The notes beneath the pieces are model-generated. The model was not told the DNA's origin. It ran no database searches and saw nothing but the letters and a program-made list of their open reading frames with translations. A stretch of DNA of 64,000 nt, taken from the NCBI GenBank assembly GCA_002380425.1, contig DFUR01000048.1:2890-66889 (forward strand). Reading direction: 5' to 3'. Positions 40,801 through 49,801 of the stretch are shown piece by piece; within the stretch, counting starts at the first letter, position 1, and every line of letters begins with the position of its first letter. This DNA is from Bacteroidales bacterium UBA4181. Its GTDB lineage: Bacteria; Bacteroidota; Bacteroidia; Bacteroidales; UBA4181. The position numbers and the translations under genes were made by a program.

Positions 40801-42323
40801 CCCAGTTGATTTTCGATCTGAAAAATGTCAATCCCGAGGCCTGTGTGAGTGTTAAGCTGGTTTCTGAGAGCGGGGTGGGTACCGTGGCTGCCGGTGTGGC
40901 CAAGGCCAAGGCTGACCTGATTCTGATCAGTGGTTGTGAGGGAGGTACGGGTGCCAGTCCCTCGAGTTCCATCAAACATGCTGGTCTCCCCGTTGAGTTA
41001 GGACTGGCAGAAACGCAACAGACTCTGGTGCTCAACAATCTGCGCGGGAAAGTTCGGTTGCAGGCCGACGGTCAGTTTAAGACAGGACGGGATGTGATTG
41101 TAGCCGCCTTGCTGGGGGCTGAAGAATTTGGCTTTGCCACCAGCGCGCTGATTGTACTGGGTTGTGTCATGATGCGGAAGTGTCACCTCAATACTTGTCC
41201 GGTGGGCGTGGCCACCCAGAACGAAGAGCTTAGGCGCCGGTTTGTGGGCCGTTCCGAATACCTGATACATTTCTTCACGTTCCTCGCTCAGGAAGTGCGG
41301 GAATACCTTGCGGAAATGGGTTTTACCCGGTTAGATCAAATCGTGGGACGTACTGATTTGCTGGAGTTTGTGCCCGAGAAGGGACATCCCAAATCGTCCA
41401 GGGTGGATCTTACAGGTCTGCTCTACCTGCCTGCTCAGGCCGATCACCATCCCATCCGCCAGGTTACAGTCCAGCATCATAAGGTGGAGCAGATTCAGGA
41501 CCGGGAACTCATAGCTTTGGCTCGTCCCTCCATTGAGTCCCAGAGTCCGATGGAATGTCACCGGCAGATCAGGAATACCGACCGCTCTGCTGGAGCCATG
41601 CTCTCGGGGGTGATTGCCCGGAAATATGGTCAGGAAGGTTTGCCCGAAGACACGATTCGTTGTTGTTTTAAGGGGTCTGCCGGGCAGAGTTTTGGTGCAT
41701 TTCTGGTGCGGGGGGTAACCTTCCGCCTGGAGGGAGATGCCAATGATTATCTGGGAAAGGGCCTTTCCGGAGGAAAAATTATCGTGGTTCCCCCTACTGG
41801 AGCTGCCTTTGCCCCGGAGGCGAACATTATTGCCGGTAATACCCTGCTTTACGGAGCGACCTCCGGGGAGGTTTACATCAACGGTATCGTTGGGGAGCGC
41901 TTCTGTGTCCGCAACAGCGGTGCCATTGCCGTGGTGGAGGGCGCTGGAGACCATTGCTGTGAGTACATGACCGGGGGGCGTGCTGTGATTCTGGGTGCCA
42001 CCGGGAGAAACTTTGCCGCCGGGATGAGCGGGGGCATTGCTTATGTGTGGAATGTGAATGGTGACTTTGATTTCTTTTGCAACATGGAAATGGTGGAGCT
42101 ATCCCTGATTGAGAACAGTGCAGACGAGCGGGAGTTGAAAGGCTTGATTGAAACGCATCTGGCTCATACGTCCAGCCCTCTGGCGGGCAGGATTCTTGCC
42201 GACTGGCCCCGCTATTTGCAGCAGTTTATCAAGGTGATGCCCATTGAGTATAAAAAAGTGCTGCATGATGAGAAGATTGAGGCCATTCGTAAGAAGATCG
42301 CACATGTGGAGTACGATTATTAG
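37818..42323 (+). CDS. gltB: Glutamate synthase large subunit
   Basis: N-terminal CGVG amidotransferase Cys, FMN/Fe-S central domains, C-terminal GXGG repeats; 1501 aa. Confidence 0.96.
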   Translation: MNNFIPEAQGLYRPDYERDGCGVGLVVQIKGDRSHDVVEKGLQVLEHMVHRGAESADNKTGDGAGILLQIPHEFILLQGIPVPERGHYGTGLVFLPRLEQEAELCMSIIRETIQKEGLSLLAVRDVPVASETLGEISRSHEPLIKQIFVVGPCKHEALERKLYVVRKKIERAVSRSGMSGKKSFYVVSLSGTRIVYKGMLTSDQLRSYFPDLSHPNLTSAIALVHSRFSTNTFPTWDLAQPFRLLGHNGEINTIRGNRYWMEARESVLKSEALGDMSELWPVIQPGMSDSASLDNVLEFLVMSGKSLPHALSMLVPESWNDKNPISDDLKAFYEYHSIFMEPWDGPATLLFSDGRFAGGMLDRNGLRPARYLITRDDLMVVASETGVLSFEPSQIREKGRLKPGKMLMVDTLKGEVLYDAELKETLAREYPYREWLNRNRIHLEDLSSGREVRAELGNLSTLMQVFGYYKEDLERLIVPMALDGKEPVSSMGNDTPLAVLSQKPQRLFQYFRQLFAQVTNPPIDPIREELVMSLTGYIGSLQKNMLDPVPEHCKVVKLKSPVLNNVQFDLIEHLRYKGFATEVLPMLFPASGGARALEKSLHELCLRAEQAVDSGIRYIVLSDRGVNASMAPIPSLLAVSAVHHHLIEQRKRVQIDLVVESAEPREVMHFALLFGFGANAVNPYLVFAVLHDLVKKSELGMDYQTAEAHYIKAVQKGLLKVMSKMGISTLRSYRGAQIFEAVGISSGVLDKYFRGVVSRIGGIDLQDMARETLEAHARGFSGEPGSVLENMGHYAYRRRGEFHAWNPETIARLQLATRSGDYARFKEYTQLVDQKEQRTFLRDFLQFRKNPIPLDEVEPVSEITRRFVTGAMSYGSISKEAHEALALAMNALGGRSNTGEGGEDTLRFKPRPDGTSARSAIKQVASGRFGVTTEYLVNADELQIKIAQGAKPGEGGQLPGFKVDQIIAKTRHSIPGISLISPPPHHDIYSIEDLAQLIFDLKNVNPEACVSVKLVSESGVGTVAAGVAKAKADLILISGCEGGTGASPSSSIKHAGLPVELGLAETQQTLVLNNLRGKVRLQADGQFKTGRDVIVAALLGAEEFGFATSALIVLGCVMMRKCHLNTCPVGVATQNEELRRRFVGRSEYLIHFFTFLAQEVREYLAEMGFTRLDQIVGRTDLLEFVPEKGHPKSSRVDLTGLLYLPAQADHHPIRQVTVQHHKVEQIQDRELIALARPSIESQSPMECHRQIRNTDRSAGAMLSGVIARKYGQEGLPEDTIRCCFKGSAGQSFGAFLVRGVTFRLEGDANDYLGKGLSGGKIIVVPPTGAAFAPEANIIAGNTLLYGATSGEVYINGIVGERFCVRNSGAIAVVEGAGDHCCEYMTGGRAVILGATGRNFAAGMSGGIAYVWNVNGDFDFFCNMEMVELSLIENSADERELKGLIETHLAHTSSPLAGRILADWPRYLQQFIKVMPIEYKKVLHDEKIEAIRKKIAHVEYDY

Positions 42324-42346
42324 AAGCAACCTTTAGTAGTAGTGTC

Positions 42347-43762
42347 ATGGGAAATCCGAAAGCGTTTCTGAATATTGAGAGAAAGGAGGCTGGCTATCGC
42401 CCGCTGCATGAAAGAAAGTATGATTTCGGGGAGGTGGAGCAGACCCTCAACACGGAGGATCGTAAACTCCAGGCGTCCCGATGTATGGATTGCGGCATTC
42501 CTTTTTGTCACTGGGCCTGTCCTCTTGGAAATCTTATCCCGGAGTGGCAGGACGCCTTGTACAAAGGTCACTGGCGTGAGGCCAGTGCTCTGTTGCACAG
42601 CACCGACAACTTCCCTGAATTCACCGGAAGGGTGTGTCCTGCACCTTGTGAAAAGGGTTGTGTGCTGAACCTGCAACACACTCCGGTTACCATTCGGGAG
42701 AATGAGGCGGCGATTGTGGAGCACGCATTTGCCGAGGGATACATTCAGCCGAGTCCACCCAGAGAGCGGACAGGTAAGAAGGTGGCGGTAGTCGGTTCCG
42801 GTCCTGCCGGTCTGGCCGCAGCACACGAGCTCAACAAAAGGGGACATCTGGTTACTGTGTACGAAAAAGACTCAGCACCAGGGGGATTGTTGCGTTTTGG
42901 AATCCCCGATTTCAAACTCAGCAAGCACGTCATTGACCGCAGGCTGGACATTCTGAAAGCCGAAGGGGTGACCTTTGTGTGTCATGCCGCTGTGGGGACT
43001 TCGGTGTCTCTCAAGGACCTTACGGCCCAGTATGACGCGGTTTGTATTGCTATCGGTGCCGGACAACCCCGGGATCTTCCTGTACCCGGAAGAGAGCTTG
43101 CGGGAGTACATTTTGCCATGGACTTTTTGTCTCGTCAAAACAAACTTTTGCGAGGTGAAGAGGTGCCCGATCCTATCTCGGCCAAATCCCGCCATGTGCT
43201 GGTGATTGGTGGCGGGGATACCGGTTCGGATTGTGTGGGGACCTCCATCCGGCAGGGTGCTCTGAGCGTGACCCAGATTGAGATTCTGCCCAAGCCCCCC
43301 GAGGGAGAGAATCCGGCTACCCCATGGCCATATTATCCCACTATCCTCAAGGTGTCCTCCTCGCACATGGAAGGCTGTACCCGCAGGTGGGGCCTTAGTA
43401 CCCTGCGTTTCAACGGCTCGGAGGGTCGGGTAACCTCTGTGGATGTGGTGCCCGTGGAATGGCTGCGGGATGATTCGGGAAAAATGACGATGCGCCCTTC
43501 CGGAGAGCCCGAAACGCTTCAGGCTGACTTGGTCTTGCTCTCAATGGGCTTTTTGCATCCGGTACATCAGGGCCTGTTGCAGGATGGCGGGGTGCCTCTG
43601 AACGAACGGGGCAATGTCCGCGTGGATGATACCTGCAAGACTGGATTGCCAAAGGTTTTTGCTGCCGGGGATTCAGTGTCCGGCGCCAGTCTGGTGGTAT
43701 CCTCTATTGCCTCTGGACGAAAAGCCGGAGAGGCTATTCACCAGTTTTTGAGCCGATCCTGA
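42347..43762 (+). CDS. gltD: Glutamate synthase small subunit (NAD(P)H)
   Basis: Cys clusters CMDCGIPFC and CPAPCE, plus dinucleotide folds VAVVGSGPAGLAAA and VIGGGDTGSDC. Confidence 0.95.
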   Translation: MGNPKAFLNIERKEAGYRPLHERKYDFGEVEQTLNTEDRKLQASRCMDCGIPFCHWACPLGNLIPEWQDALYKGHWREASALLHSTDNFPEFTGRVCPAPCEKGCVLNLQHTPVTIRENEAAIVEHAFAEGYIQPSPPRERTGKKVAVVGSGPAGLAAAHELNKRGHLVTVYEKDSAPGGLLRFGIPDFKLSKHVIDRRLDILKAEGVTFVCHAAVGTSVSLKDLTAQYDAVCIAIGAGQPRDLPVPGRELAGVHFAMDFLSRQNKLLRGEEVPDPISAKSRHVLVIGGGDTGSDCVGTSIRQGALSVTQIEILPKPPEGENPATPWPYYPTILKVSSSHMEGCTRRWGLSTLRFNGSEGRVTSVDVVPVEWLRDDSGKMTMRPSGEPETLQADLVLLSMGFLHPVHQGLLQDGGVPLNERGNVRVDDTCKTGLPKVFAAGDSVSGASLVVSSIASGRKAGEAIHQFLSRS

Positions 43763-43797
43763 AAGGTTCGGTTCTGTCAGGATTTTATTCTTATACG

Positions 43798-43835
43798 CGG
43801 CCGGATTCCTGAATATCCGGCCGTAACTTTTTTTT
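43798..43835 (+). terminator. Rho-independent terminator after gltD
   Basis: Perfect 9-bp stem CGGCCGGAT/ATCCGGCCG with an 8-nt loop, then a T9 run. A second 7-bp hairpin (43756-43783) overlaps the stop codon. Confidence 0.75.
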
Positions 43836-43890
43836 GATGTATATCCAGGAGGATTAACTTTTTTTAGCAATCTGGTATCATTATTCTATG

Positions 43891-43898
43891 TAAGTTTG
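43891..43898 (+). promoter_or_regulatory. Candidate -7 promoter box (TAAGTTTG) for the ABC/RND operon
   Basis: TAnnTTTG match in the AT-rich spacer, about 130 nt upstream of the proposed GTG start. Confidence 0.3.
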
Positions 43899-44028
43899 CA
43901 TCACCTGCGAAAATGTTTAAGGTGTTGGCGTTTTTGTAGTACCTTGTATTGCATAGTAATTTATTTTTCTAACTTTGAGGCTGGCTCTGCTGGTGTCAGA
44001 AGTGGAGAAATCAGTAACAATTATTGCG

Positions 44029-44919
44029 GTGAGTATTATTATTGAGGGTTTGACCAAAACCTATCCGAACGGAAATCATGCCCTTAAAGGGATTAACCTC
44101 CAAATTCCCCCCGGAATGTTTGGCTTGCTTGGCCCCAACGGGGCTGGAAAGTCGACGCTGATCCGGATTCTTGTAGCACTTATGGAACCTACAGAGGGAA
44201 AGGTTACCATGTTTGGGCATGACCTGCGCACTCAGAAACAGGAAATCAGGAAGATTCTGGGCTATCTGCCACAGGACTTCCGGTTTTTTGCCCGGTACAA
44301 AACTTATGAATTTCTCGACTATGCTGCCCGCCTTTCGGGGATGAACGACAGCAGGAAGCGCAAATCAGCCGTGGACGCGATGCTGGAGCAGGTGGGGCTG
44401 TACGAGGCCAGGGACCGGTATGCTGCTCGCCTGTCGGGTGGTATGAAGCGTCGCCTCGGTATTGCCCAGGCTTTGATTCATGAACCCAAGATCATTATTG
44501 TGGATGAGCCCACAACGGGTCTGGACCCTGAGGAGCGGATTCGTTTCCGCAACCTGCTTTCGCAGGTGAGTGCCCGGGACGTGTCGATTATTTTGTCAAC
44601 CCACATTGTGGGGGATATCTCCAGCTCTTGTACTTCAATGGCCTTGCTCAACAAAGGCGAAATATCTTTCTTTGGTTCTCCTGAGGAGATGTTGCGCCGT
44701 GCCGAAGGCAAGGTTTGGCTGGTTCGGGTGAGCAACAAAGATTTCAAGGAACTGACCAACAAGTATCCGGTTATTTCTACCATCCCGATTGATGATGGCT
44801 GGGAGGTACAGGTTGTGGCCGAAAAGTTGGATGGTTTCCGTGGAGAGAACATCGTGCCCAATCTGGAGCATGCCTATGTGTATTTTATGGATGCACAGCT
44901 TAACCAGTGGGCTGTATAG
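44029..44919 (+). CDS. ABC transporter ATP-binding protein (NBD1, ABC-2/NatA-like with a C-terminal extension)
   Basis: Walker A GPNGAGKST, Q-loop LGYLPQ, signature LSGGMKRR, Walker B IIIVDEPTTGLD, H-loop STHI. The start is moved from the track's TTG (43975) to the in-frame GTG at 44029, giving (M)SIIIEGLTKTY. Confidence 0.85.
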   Translation: MSIIIEGLTKTYPNGNHALKGINLQIPPGMFGLLGPNGAGKSTLIRILVALMEPTEGKVTMFGHDLRTQKQEIRKILGYLPQDFRFFARYKTYEFLDYAARLSGMNDSRKRKSAVDAMLEQVGLYEARDRYAARLSGGMKRRLGIAQALIHEPKIIIVDEPTTGLDPEERIRFRNLLSQVSARDVSIILSTHIVGDISSSCTSMALLNKGEISFFGSPEEMLRRAEGKVWLVRVSNKDFKELTNKYPVISTIPIDDGWEVQVVAEKLDGFRGENIVPNLEHAYVYFMDAQLNQWAV

Positions 44920-44937
44920 CCGGAACAGATAATTCAG

Positions 44938-47900
44938 ATGTCTATGCTTGTTCTTCACAATATTCTCTCAGTCGCCAAATACGAAAGTAAACTGCTGGTT
45001 CGCAGCTGGTTCTTTAAAGTGTTTTCGACCATTGCGGTGCTGGTTGCATTTGGCTACAGCCTGGGTACACTCAGTGATGCCGGGTCCCCAACCTGGCTGC
45101 TCCGCGCCATCCCTTCGACGATTCCTTACGGGACGCTTATTCTGCTGAATGCCGCGCAGGCGGTGATTGCCATCTTTCTGTCCTCGGAGTTTATCAAGAG
45201 GGACAAGCAGTTGGATACCTCAGAGGTGTTTTATGTGCGTCCGCTCAGCAATGCCGAGTATGTCATCGGGAAAACGTGGGGCAATCTGAGGGTATTTCTG
45301 GGTCTGAATCTGGTGATCCTGCTTATTGCGCTGCTGTTTAATCTAACAGCCAGCAATACATACGTTGACTGGTCGTCCTATCTTGTCTATTTTCTGTTGA
45401 TTAGTGTCCCCACCCTGCTGTTCATCATGGGAATGTCTTTTTGCGCCATGCTGTTGCTGAACAATCAGGCACTCACCTTTGTGGTGATGCTGGGATATGT
45501 GGGCCTGACATTGTTTGTGATTGGCGAGTTGGTGTATCACCTGTTTGACTACATGGCTTTTAGTCTGCCTATGTTCCGTTCCACCATTGTGGGTTTCAGT
45601 GGAATGGAAGAGATTCTGGTGCACCGCGGTATGTATCTGGCTGCTGGAATCGGGTTTATCTGTCTGACGATTTATCTGTTCAAACGATTGCCCCATGCCC
45701 CTCAGAGAAGATTCTGGTGGCTTCTGGTTTCACTGGTGTTCCTGATGGGCAGCGTTTTCCTTGGGTTCCGCTATGTACAGCGTTATGCCTCTGATCTGGA
45801 ACACAGACAGGCCCTGATAGAGCTCAATGATCAGTACGGTGGACTTCCGGTGATGTCGGTTCTGGAGTACAAGATGGATGTGGAGCAGTTGTCGGATGGT
45901 ATTCACGTGCGTTCCCGGATGCTCGCCCGTGCTCTGGACAGTGCCCGGGTATTTGTGTTCACCCTGAACCCGTATCTGGATATTATCTCTGTGAACGCCC
46001 CTCAGGAGCAGGTGCAGATGAAACGGGAACAACAGATTGTTTTGCTCGAGTTCGGACGTGAGATTCCGCGGGGGGACACTCTTATGCTGGAAATGGAGTA
46101 TCGGGGGGGGATTGATCAGTTGCTGTGTTTCCTGGACATTCCTGAGAAGAATCTTTTGGATAAGAATCGGGACAATAACATCAATTTTGCCAAGAGATAC
46201 GCCTTTCACAAGCCGAACTATCTTTTGCTGACTCCTGAATCCTTTTGGTATCCCAGACCAGGGACTGCTTTCAGTACCCGATACACAGGATGGCAGCAGT
46301 CTTTCTTCAGCCATTTTGATGTTTCTGTAAAACCATTGCCCGGCCTGGTACCAGTATCTCAGGGGAAGGTGGATACGCTGTCCGACGGGCGGATTCATTT
46401 CCTTCCTGAGGCTCCGCTCACGGGCCTCTCACTGTCCATTGGTCAATACGACAAGTTGTCTTTCCGGATAGACAGTGTGGATATGGAGTATGCCGTTTAT
46501 TATTTCAAGGGGCATGACTTTTTCACCCGGGGGCTGGATAGTATCAAGAAGGAGATTCCGGGCATCATCCATGAGCGCCGTTTGTCTCTGGAGCGGGACC
46601 TGAAACTTACTTATCCATTCAGGCGCTTTACCCTGGTGGAGGTCCCCGGCCAGTTTGCTGCCTATGCCAGGTCCTGGACTCAGGCACAGGAATGGACCCA
46701 GCCCGAGATGGTTTTTATTCCCGAGATGGCCTATGCCATGAGAGATGCAGAATTTGAACAGCAGGTGAAAATGCGCAGCAGGTTTATGCGGGAGCAGCGT
46801 TCCCTGCAGGATCGTCAGCGGGATGTGCTGAACAACTTTCTATTCAATTTTCAACGAATCAACGGGCGGCCCAACTTCCAGAGGAGCCGGGGTCAGACAT
46901 CCATTCAGCAGACGCCCAATCCATGGTATCAGTTTCCTCAGTTCTACGATTTTACATTCAACCTGTATTCCATTCGCTGGCCTGTGGCCAACCGTCTGGT
47001 GGCATCCTATCTGCAGAACACCAATTCCGGTGTGAACCAATATCAGCGTTCCTTATCCGGGATGTCCCCTGACGAAGAAGCCAGTGTGCTCCTCCAGGAA
47101 CACCCCCTGAGCCGTCTTTTGGCGGATACTGCCTATCGGGACCGGGTGAGCGGTGTGGTTTCGCTCAAGGCCCGCCAACTCTTTGCTTATGGAGAATTGC
47201 TCAAGGGCGAGGAGGATTTCCGCACCGTGGTGTCGAATATTGTCAAGGGAAAACCCTTCCAGAATGTGCGTTTTGAGAGTTTTCTCGGTGAATTGCGTGA
47301 CTCCACAGGGGTGGATATTCTGGACCGGATGGATGCCTGGTTCAACGTGATACAGGTGCCTCGCTATATCATCGGAATCCCCAGAGCCACCCGGGTTCGG
47401 AATGCACAGGAAACCAGGTTTGAAGTAGTGGAACAGATCACCAACAGTTCCGATGTGGAGGGCATTGTTAAGATTTCCCTCCAGTATAGTGGTGGCTGGA
47501 GTGACTCCGAGACCTCCCTGATGTACCTGGCTCCCGGACAGACCAAGGAGATTGTCATGGTGTCCGAAACCGATCCCCGATCCATGGTGATTCAAACCTT
47601 GGTTTCCTTGAACCTGCCTGGCTATGTGGAGCACACATTCTCGCAAGTGGAGCGTCAGCAGCGCAGGGTTCGTGACACCGGACAGTTTGTGGTGCAGAAT
47701 TCGGCTTTGTATGTTCCCGAAGGAGAAATTGTGGTGGATAATGAGGATGAGGACCTGTTCACGGTTACCACGCCCGATGTTACGGGTTTGCTTCAGACCT
47801 GGATGCAAAAAGCAGATGACAAAAAATCCAAGTATTCCGGTTATTCTTATTGGCGGGCTCCGATTCGCTGGACCCTGGTCACCAATTCGGGTTATTACGG

Positions 47901-48291
47901 GCAGTACGTTCGCTCTGCTCATATCATCCGTCCCGGAAATGGTTCCCAGGTGGCTACCTGGAGGGTTCCGCTGAAGGAGAGAGGACGCTATGACGTGTAC
48001 TATTATGCCTATAGAGAGCAGGAAGGCCGGCGCTTTGGCGGTGGTCCCGGTGGTCAGGGAGGACGAGGCGGATTTGGCGGCAGAGGACAACGAGGGGAAT
48101 ATAACCTGAGAATCCGTCAGGGCGCTACCCTGAACGAGCCTGCCTCCATTGAGTTTTGGGGCAGTGCCGGCTGGGTGCTTGTGGGAACCTATATTCTGGA
48201 GGCAGACACAGCGTACGTGGATCTTACCAATAAAGCAGAGATGAATATGAATATTGTCGCCGCCGATGCGGTCAAATTTGTGAAACGATAA
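44938..48291 (+). CDS. Giant ABC-2-type permease: ~7 TM helices (first ~280 aa) fused to an ~830-aa predicted periplasmic region
   Basis: Seven hydrophobic helices fall within aa 25-280. The rest is soluble with no HExxH motif. The C-terminal ~170 aa looks like a beta-sandwich ending ...IVAADAVKFVKR. An internal Gly/Arg tract is present. Confidence 0.7.
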   Translation: MSMLVLHNILSVAKYESKLLVRSWFFKVFSTIAVLVAFGYSLGTLSDAGSPTWLLRAIPSTIPYGTLILLNAAQAVIAIFLSSEFIKRDKQLDTSEVFYVRPLSNAEYVIGKTWGNLRVFLGLNLVILLIALLFNLTASNTYVDWSSYLVYFLLISVPTLLFIMGMSFCAMLLLNNQALTFVVMLGYVGLTLFVIGELVYHLFDYMAFSLPMFRSTIVGFSGMEEILVHRGMYLAAGIGFICLTIYLFKRLPHAPQRRFWWLLVSLVFLMGSVFLGFRYVQRYASDLEHRQALIELNDQYGGLPVMSVLEYKMDVEQLSDGIHVRSRMLARALDSARVFVFTLNPYLDIISVNAPQEQVQMKREQQIVLLEFGREIPRGDTLMLEMEYRGGIDQLLCFLDIPEKNLLDKNRDNNINFAKRYAFHKPNYLLLTPESFWYPRPGTAFSTRYTGWQQSFFSHFDVSVKPLPGLVPVSQGKVDTLSDGRIHFLPEAPLTGLSLSIGQYDKLSFRIDSVDMEYAVYYFKGHDFFTRGLDSIKKEIPGIIHERRLSLERDLKLTYPFRRFTLVEVPGQFAAYARSWTQAQEWTQPEMVFIPEMAYAMRDAEFEQQVKMRSRFMREQRSLQDRQRDVLNNFLFNFQRINGRPNFQRSRGQTSIQQTPNPWYQFPQFYDFTFNLYSIRWPVANRLVASYLQNTNSGVNQYQRSLSGMSPDEEASVLLQEHPLSRLLADTAYRDRVSGVVSLKARQLFAYGELLKGEEDFRTVVSNIVKGKPFQNVRFESFLGELRDSTGVDILDRMDAWFNVIQVPRYIIGIPRATRVRNAQETRFEVVEQITNSSDVEGIVKISLQYSGGWSDSETSLMYLAPGQTKEIVMVSETDPRSMVIQTLVSLNLPGYVEHTFSQVERQQRRVRDTGQFVVQNSALYVPEGEIVVDNEDEDLFTVTTPDVTGLLQTWMQKADDKKSKYSGYSYWRAPIRWTLVTNSGYYGQYVRSAHIIRPGNGSQVATWRVPLKERGRYDVYYYAYREQEGRRFGGGPGGQGGRGGFGGRGQRGEYNLRIRQGATLNEPASIEFWGSAGWVLVGTYILEADTAYVDLTNKAEMNMNIVAADAVKFVKR
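48025..48096 (+). repeat. Gly/Arg-rich low-complexity tract (GRRFGGGPGGQGGRGGFGGRGQRG) within the giant permease
   Basis: Direct translation of 48025-48096 in the ORF frame. Confidence 0.9.
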
Positions 48292-48305
48292 AGACACCTA
48301 CCTTT

Positions 48306-49793
48306 ATGAAGAAAATCTGGTTAATTATGATGTGTTTTCTGGGCTGCACCGGTTTTGCTCAGGGCCAAACGGTGATCACCCTGGAAAAAGCTATGGAGAT
48401 TGCGGCTGAACACAGCCCCTCTATCCGGAGGGTCCGGCTCAACCTTGACAGGACGCGTTACAACCTGCAGGCTCAGAATGCTGCTTTGAAGTCAAGCTTC
48501 TCTATGTCTGTGAACCCGCTTTCCTATTCCCAGTCAAGGCGTTTCGATGAGCGGATTTCTACATGGTACACCAATAAGTCTATGTCTTCCAGCGGTACTT
48601 TCCAGATATCCCAGCCTATTCTCTTGACAGATGGAACGATATCTCTGGTGAACCGTTTTAGCTGGCAGGATAATGAGTCGGACCAGGGTGGAATCACCTC
48701 CAACAACAAAGCATTCACGAACAATCTGAACCTGCAGCTCACCCAGCCCCTGTTCACGTACAACACCCGTAAAATGGAACTCAAGGAGCTGGAGTTTGAC
48801 TATGAGAATGCACACCTGAATTTTGCAGTCCAGATGTTGAATCTGGAGCGTCAGGTTTCTCAGTTGTTTTACAATGTGTACATGGCGCAGATGAATCTCG
48901 ATATTGCCCGTGAGGAGTTGAACAATGCCGAACAAAATTTCGAGATTATCAAGAACAAGGTGGAAGCCGACTTGTCGGCCCGTGAGGAATTGTATCAGGC
49001 GGAGGTCAATATTGCTACCTCCCGGTCCTCGTTCCAGAACAGGGTGGTGTCCTTCGAGGAGGCAAAGGATATTTTTAAACTCAACCTGGGAATGGATCTG
49101 GATGAAGATATTGTCATTTCTGCCAACGTAGAGGCCAGCCCTGTTCCGGTGGATGAGAAACTGGCCCTGGAAAATGCACTTCGTTCCCGGATTGAGTTGC
49201 GCCAGCGGGAAATCACCTACGAGAATTCGGTGTTCCAGATGATTCGGGTGAAGGCTCAGAATGAGTTTCGGGGCAATCTGAATCTTTCGGTGGGGATTAT
49301 CGGGGACAACCGTACGATTGGGGATATCTATCAGAATCCTACGCAAAACCCTTCGGTGGCTCTGACCTTTAATGTGCCCATTTTCGACTGGGGTGCCAAG
49401 AAAGCCCGGATCAAGGCTCAGGAGGCTACCATGGCCAGCAATGAGATTGATGCCGAACAGGAGCGTAAAGAAATCATCCTGAATGTGCGTCAGGTATTCC
49501 GGAATTTGCAGAATCAGCTGACGCAGATTGATATTGCCAGTCAGAACGTACGCAATGCACAGCTCACCTATGACCTCAATCAGGAGCGGTATCGCAACGG
49601 TGATCTCCGGGGTTTGGATATGAATCAATATCAGACCCAGCTTTCCAGTCGCAAAATCGCTCATGCACAGGCTTTGATCAACTACAAACTGGAGTTGCTC
49701 AATATGAAGATTCAGTCGATGTACGACTTCGAAACCAATACCCCTCTGGTTCCCTCCGAGTTGGTCCAGAAGGGAGAAATCAACCGCAATTAA
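48306..49793 (+). CDS. TolC-family outer membrane efflux protein
   Basis: Signal peptide, two OEP repeats with long coiled helices, typical LEKAMEIAAEHSPSIR start; 495 aa. Confidence 0.9.
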   Translation: MKKIWLIMMCFLGCTGFAQGQTVITLEKAMEIAAEHSPSIRRVRLNLDRTRYNLQAQNAALKSSFSMSVNPLSYSQSRRFDERISTWYTNKSMSSSGTFQISQPILLTDGTISLVNRFSWQDNESDQGGITSNNKAFTNNLNLQLTQPLFTYNTRKMELKELEFDYENAHLNFAVQMLNLERQVSQLFYNVYMAQMNLDIAREELNNAEQNFEIIKNKVEADLSAREELYQAEVNIATSRSSFQNRVVSFEEAKDIFKLNLGMDLDEDIVISANVEASPVPVDEKLALENALRSRIELRQREITYENSVFQMIRVKAQNEFRGNLNLSVGIIGDNRTIGDIYQNPTQNPSVALTFNVPIFDWGAKKARIKAQEATMASNEIDAEQERKEIILNVRQVFRNLQNQLTQIDIASQNVRNAQLTYDLNQERYRNGDLRGLDMNQYQTQLSSRKIAHAQALINYKLELLNMKIQSMYDFETNTPLVPSELVQKGEINRN

Positions 49794-49801
49794 TTATCAT
49801 T

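Noticed and set aside
43975-44028. Track start codons at TTG or upstream positions (43975, 9491, 27000, 53950, 58665, 59419, 22794)
   Set aside because: In each case an in-frame ATG or GTG further downstream gives the canonical family N-terminus and removes overlaps with upstream genes or regulatory hairpins. The N-terminal extensions have no family support.
44938-48291. An active M1 aminopeptidase domain in the giant permease
   Set aside because: There is no HExxH zinc-binding motif anywhere in the 1117 aa. The only GAMEN-like stretch (PEMAYAM) is not followed by one. An active peptidase is therefore not supported.
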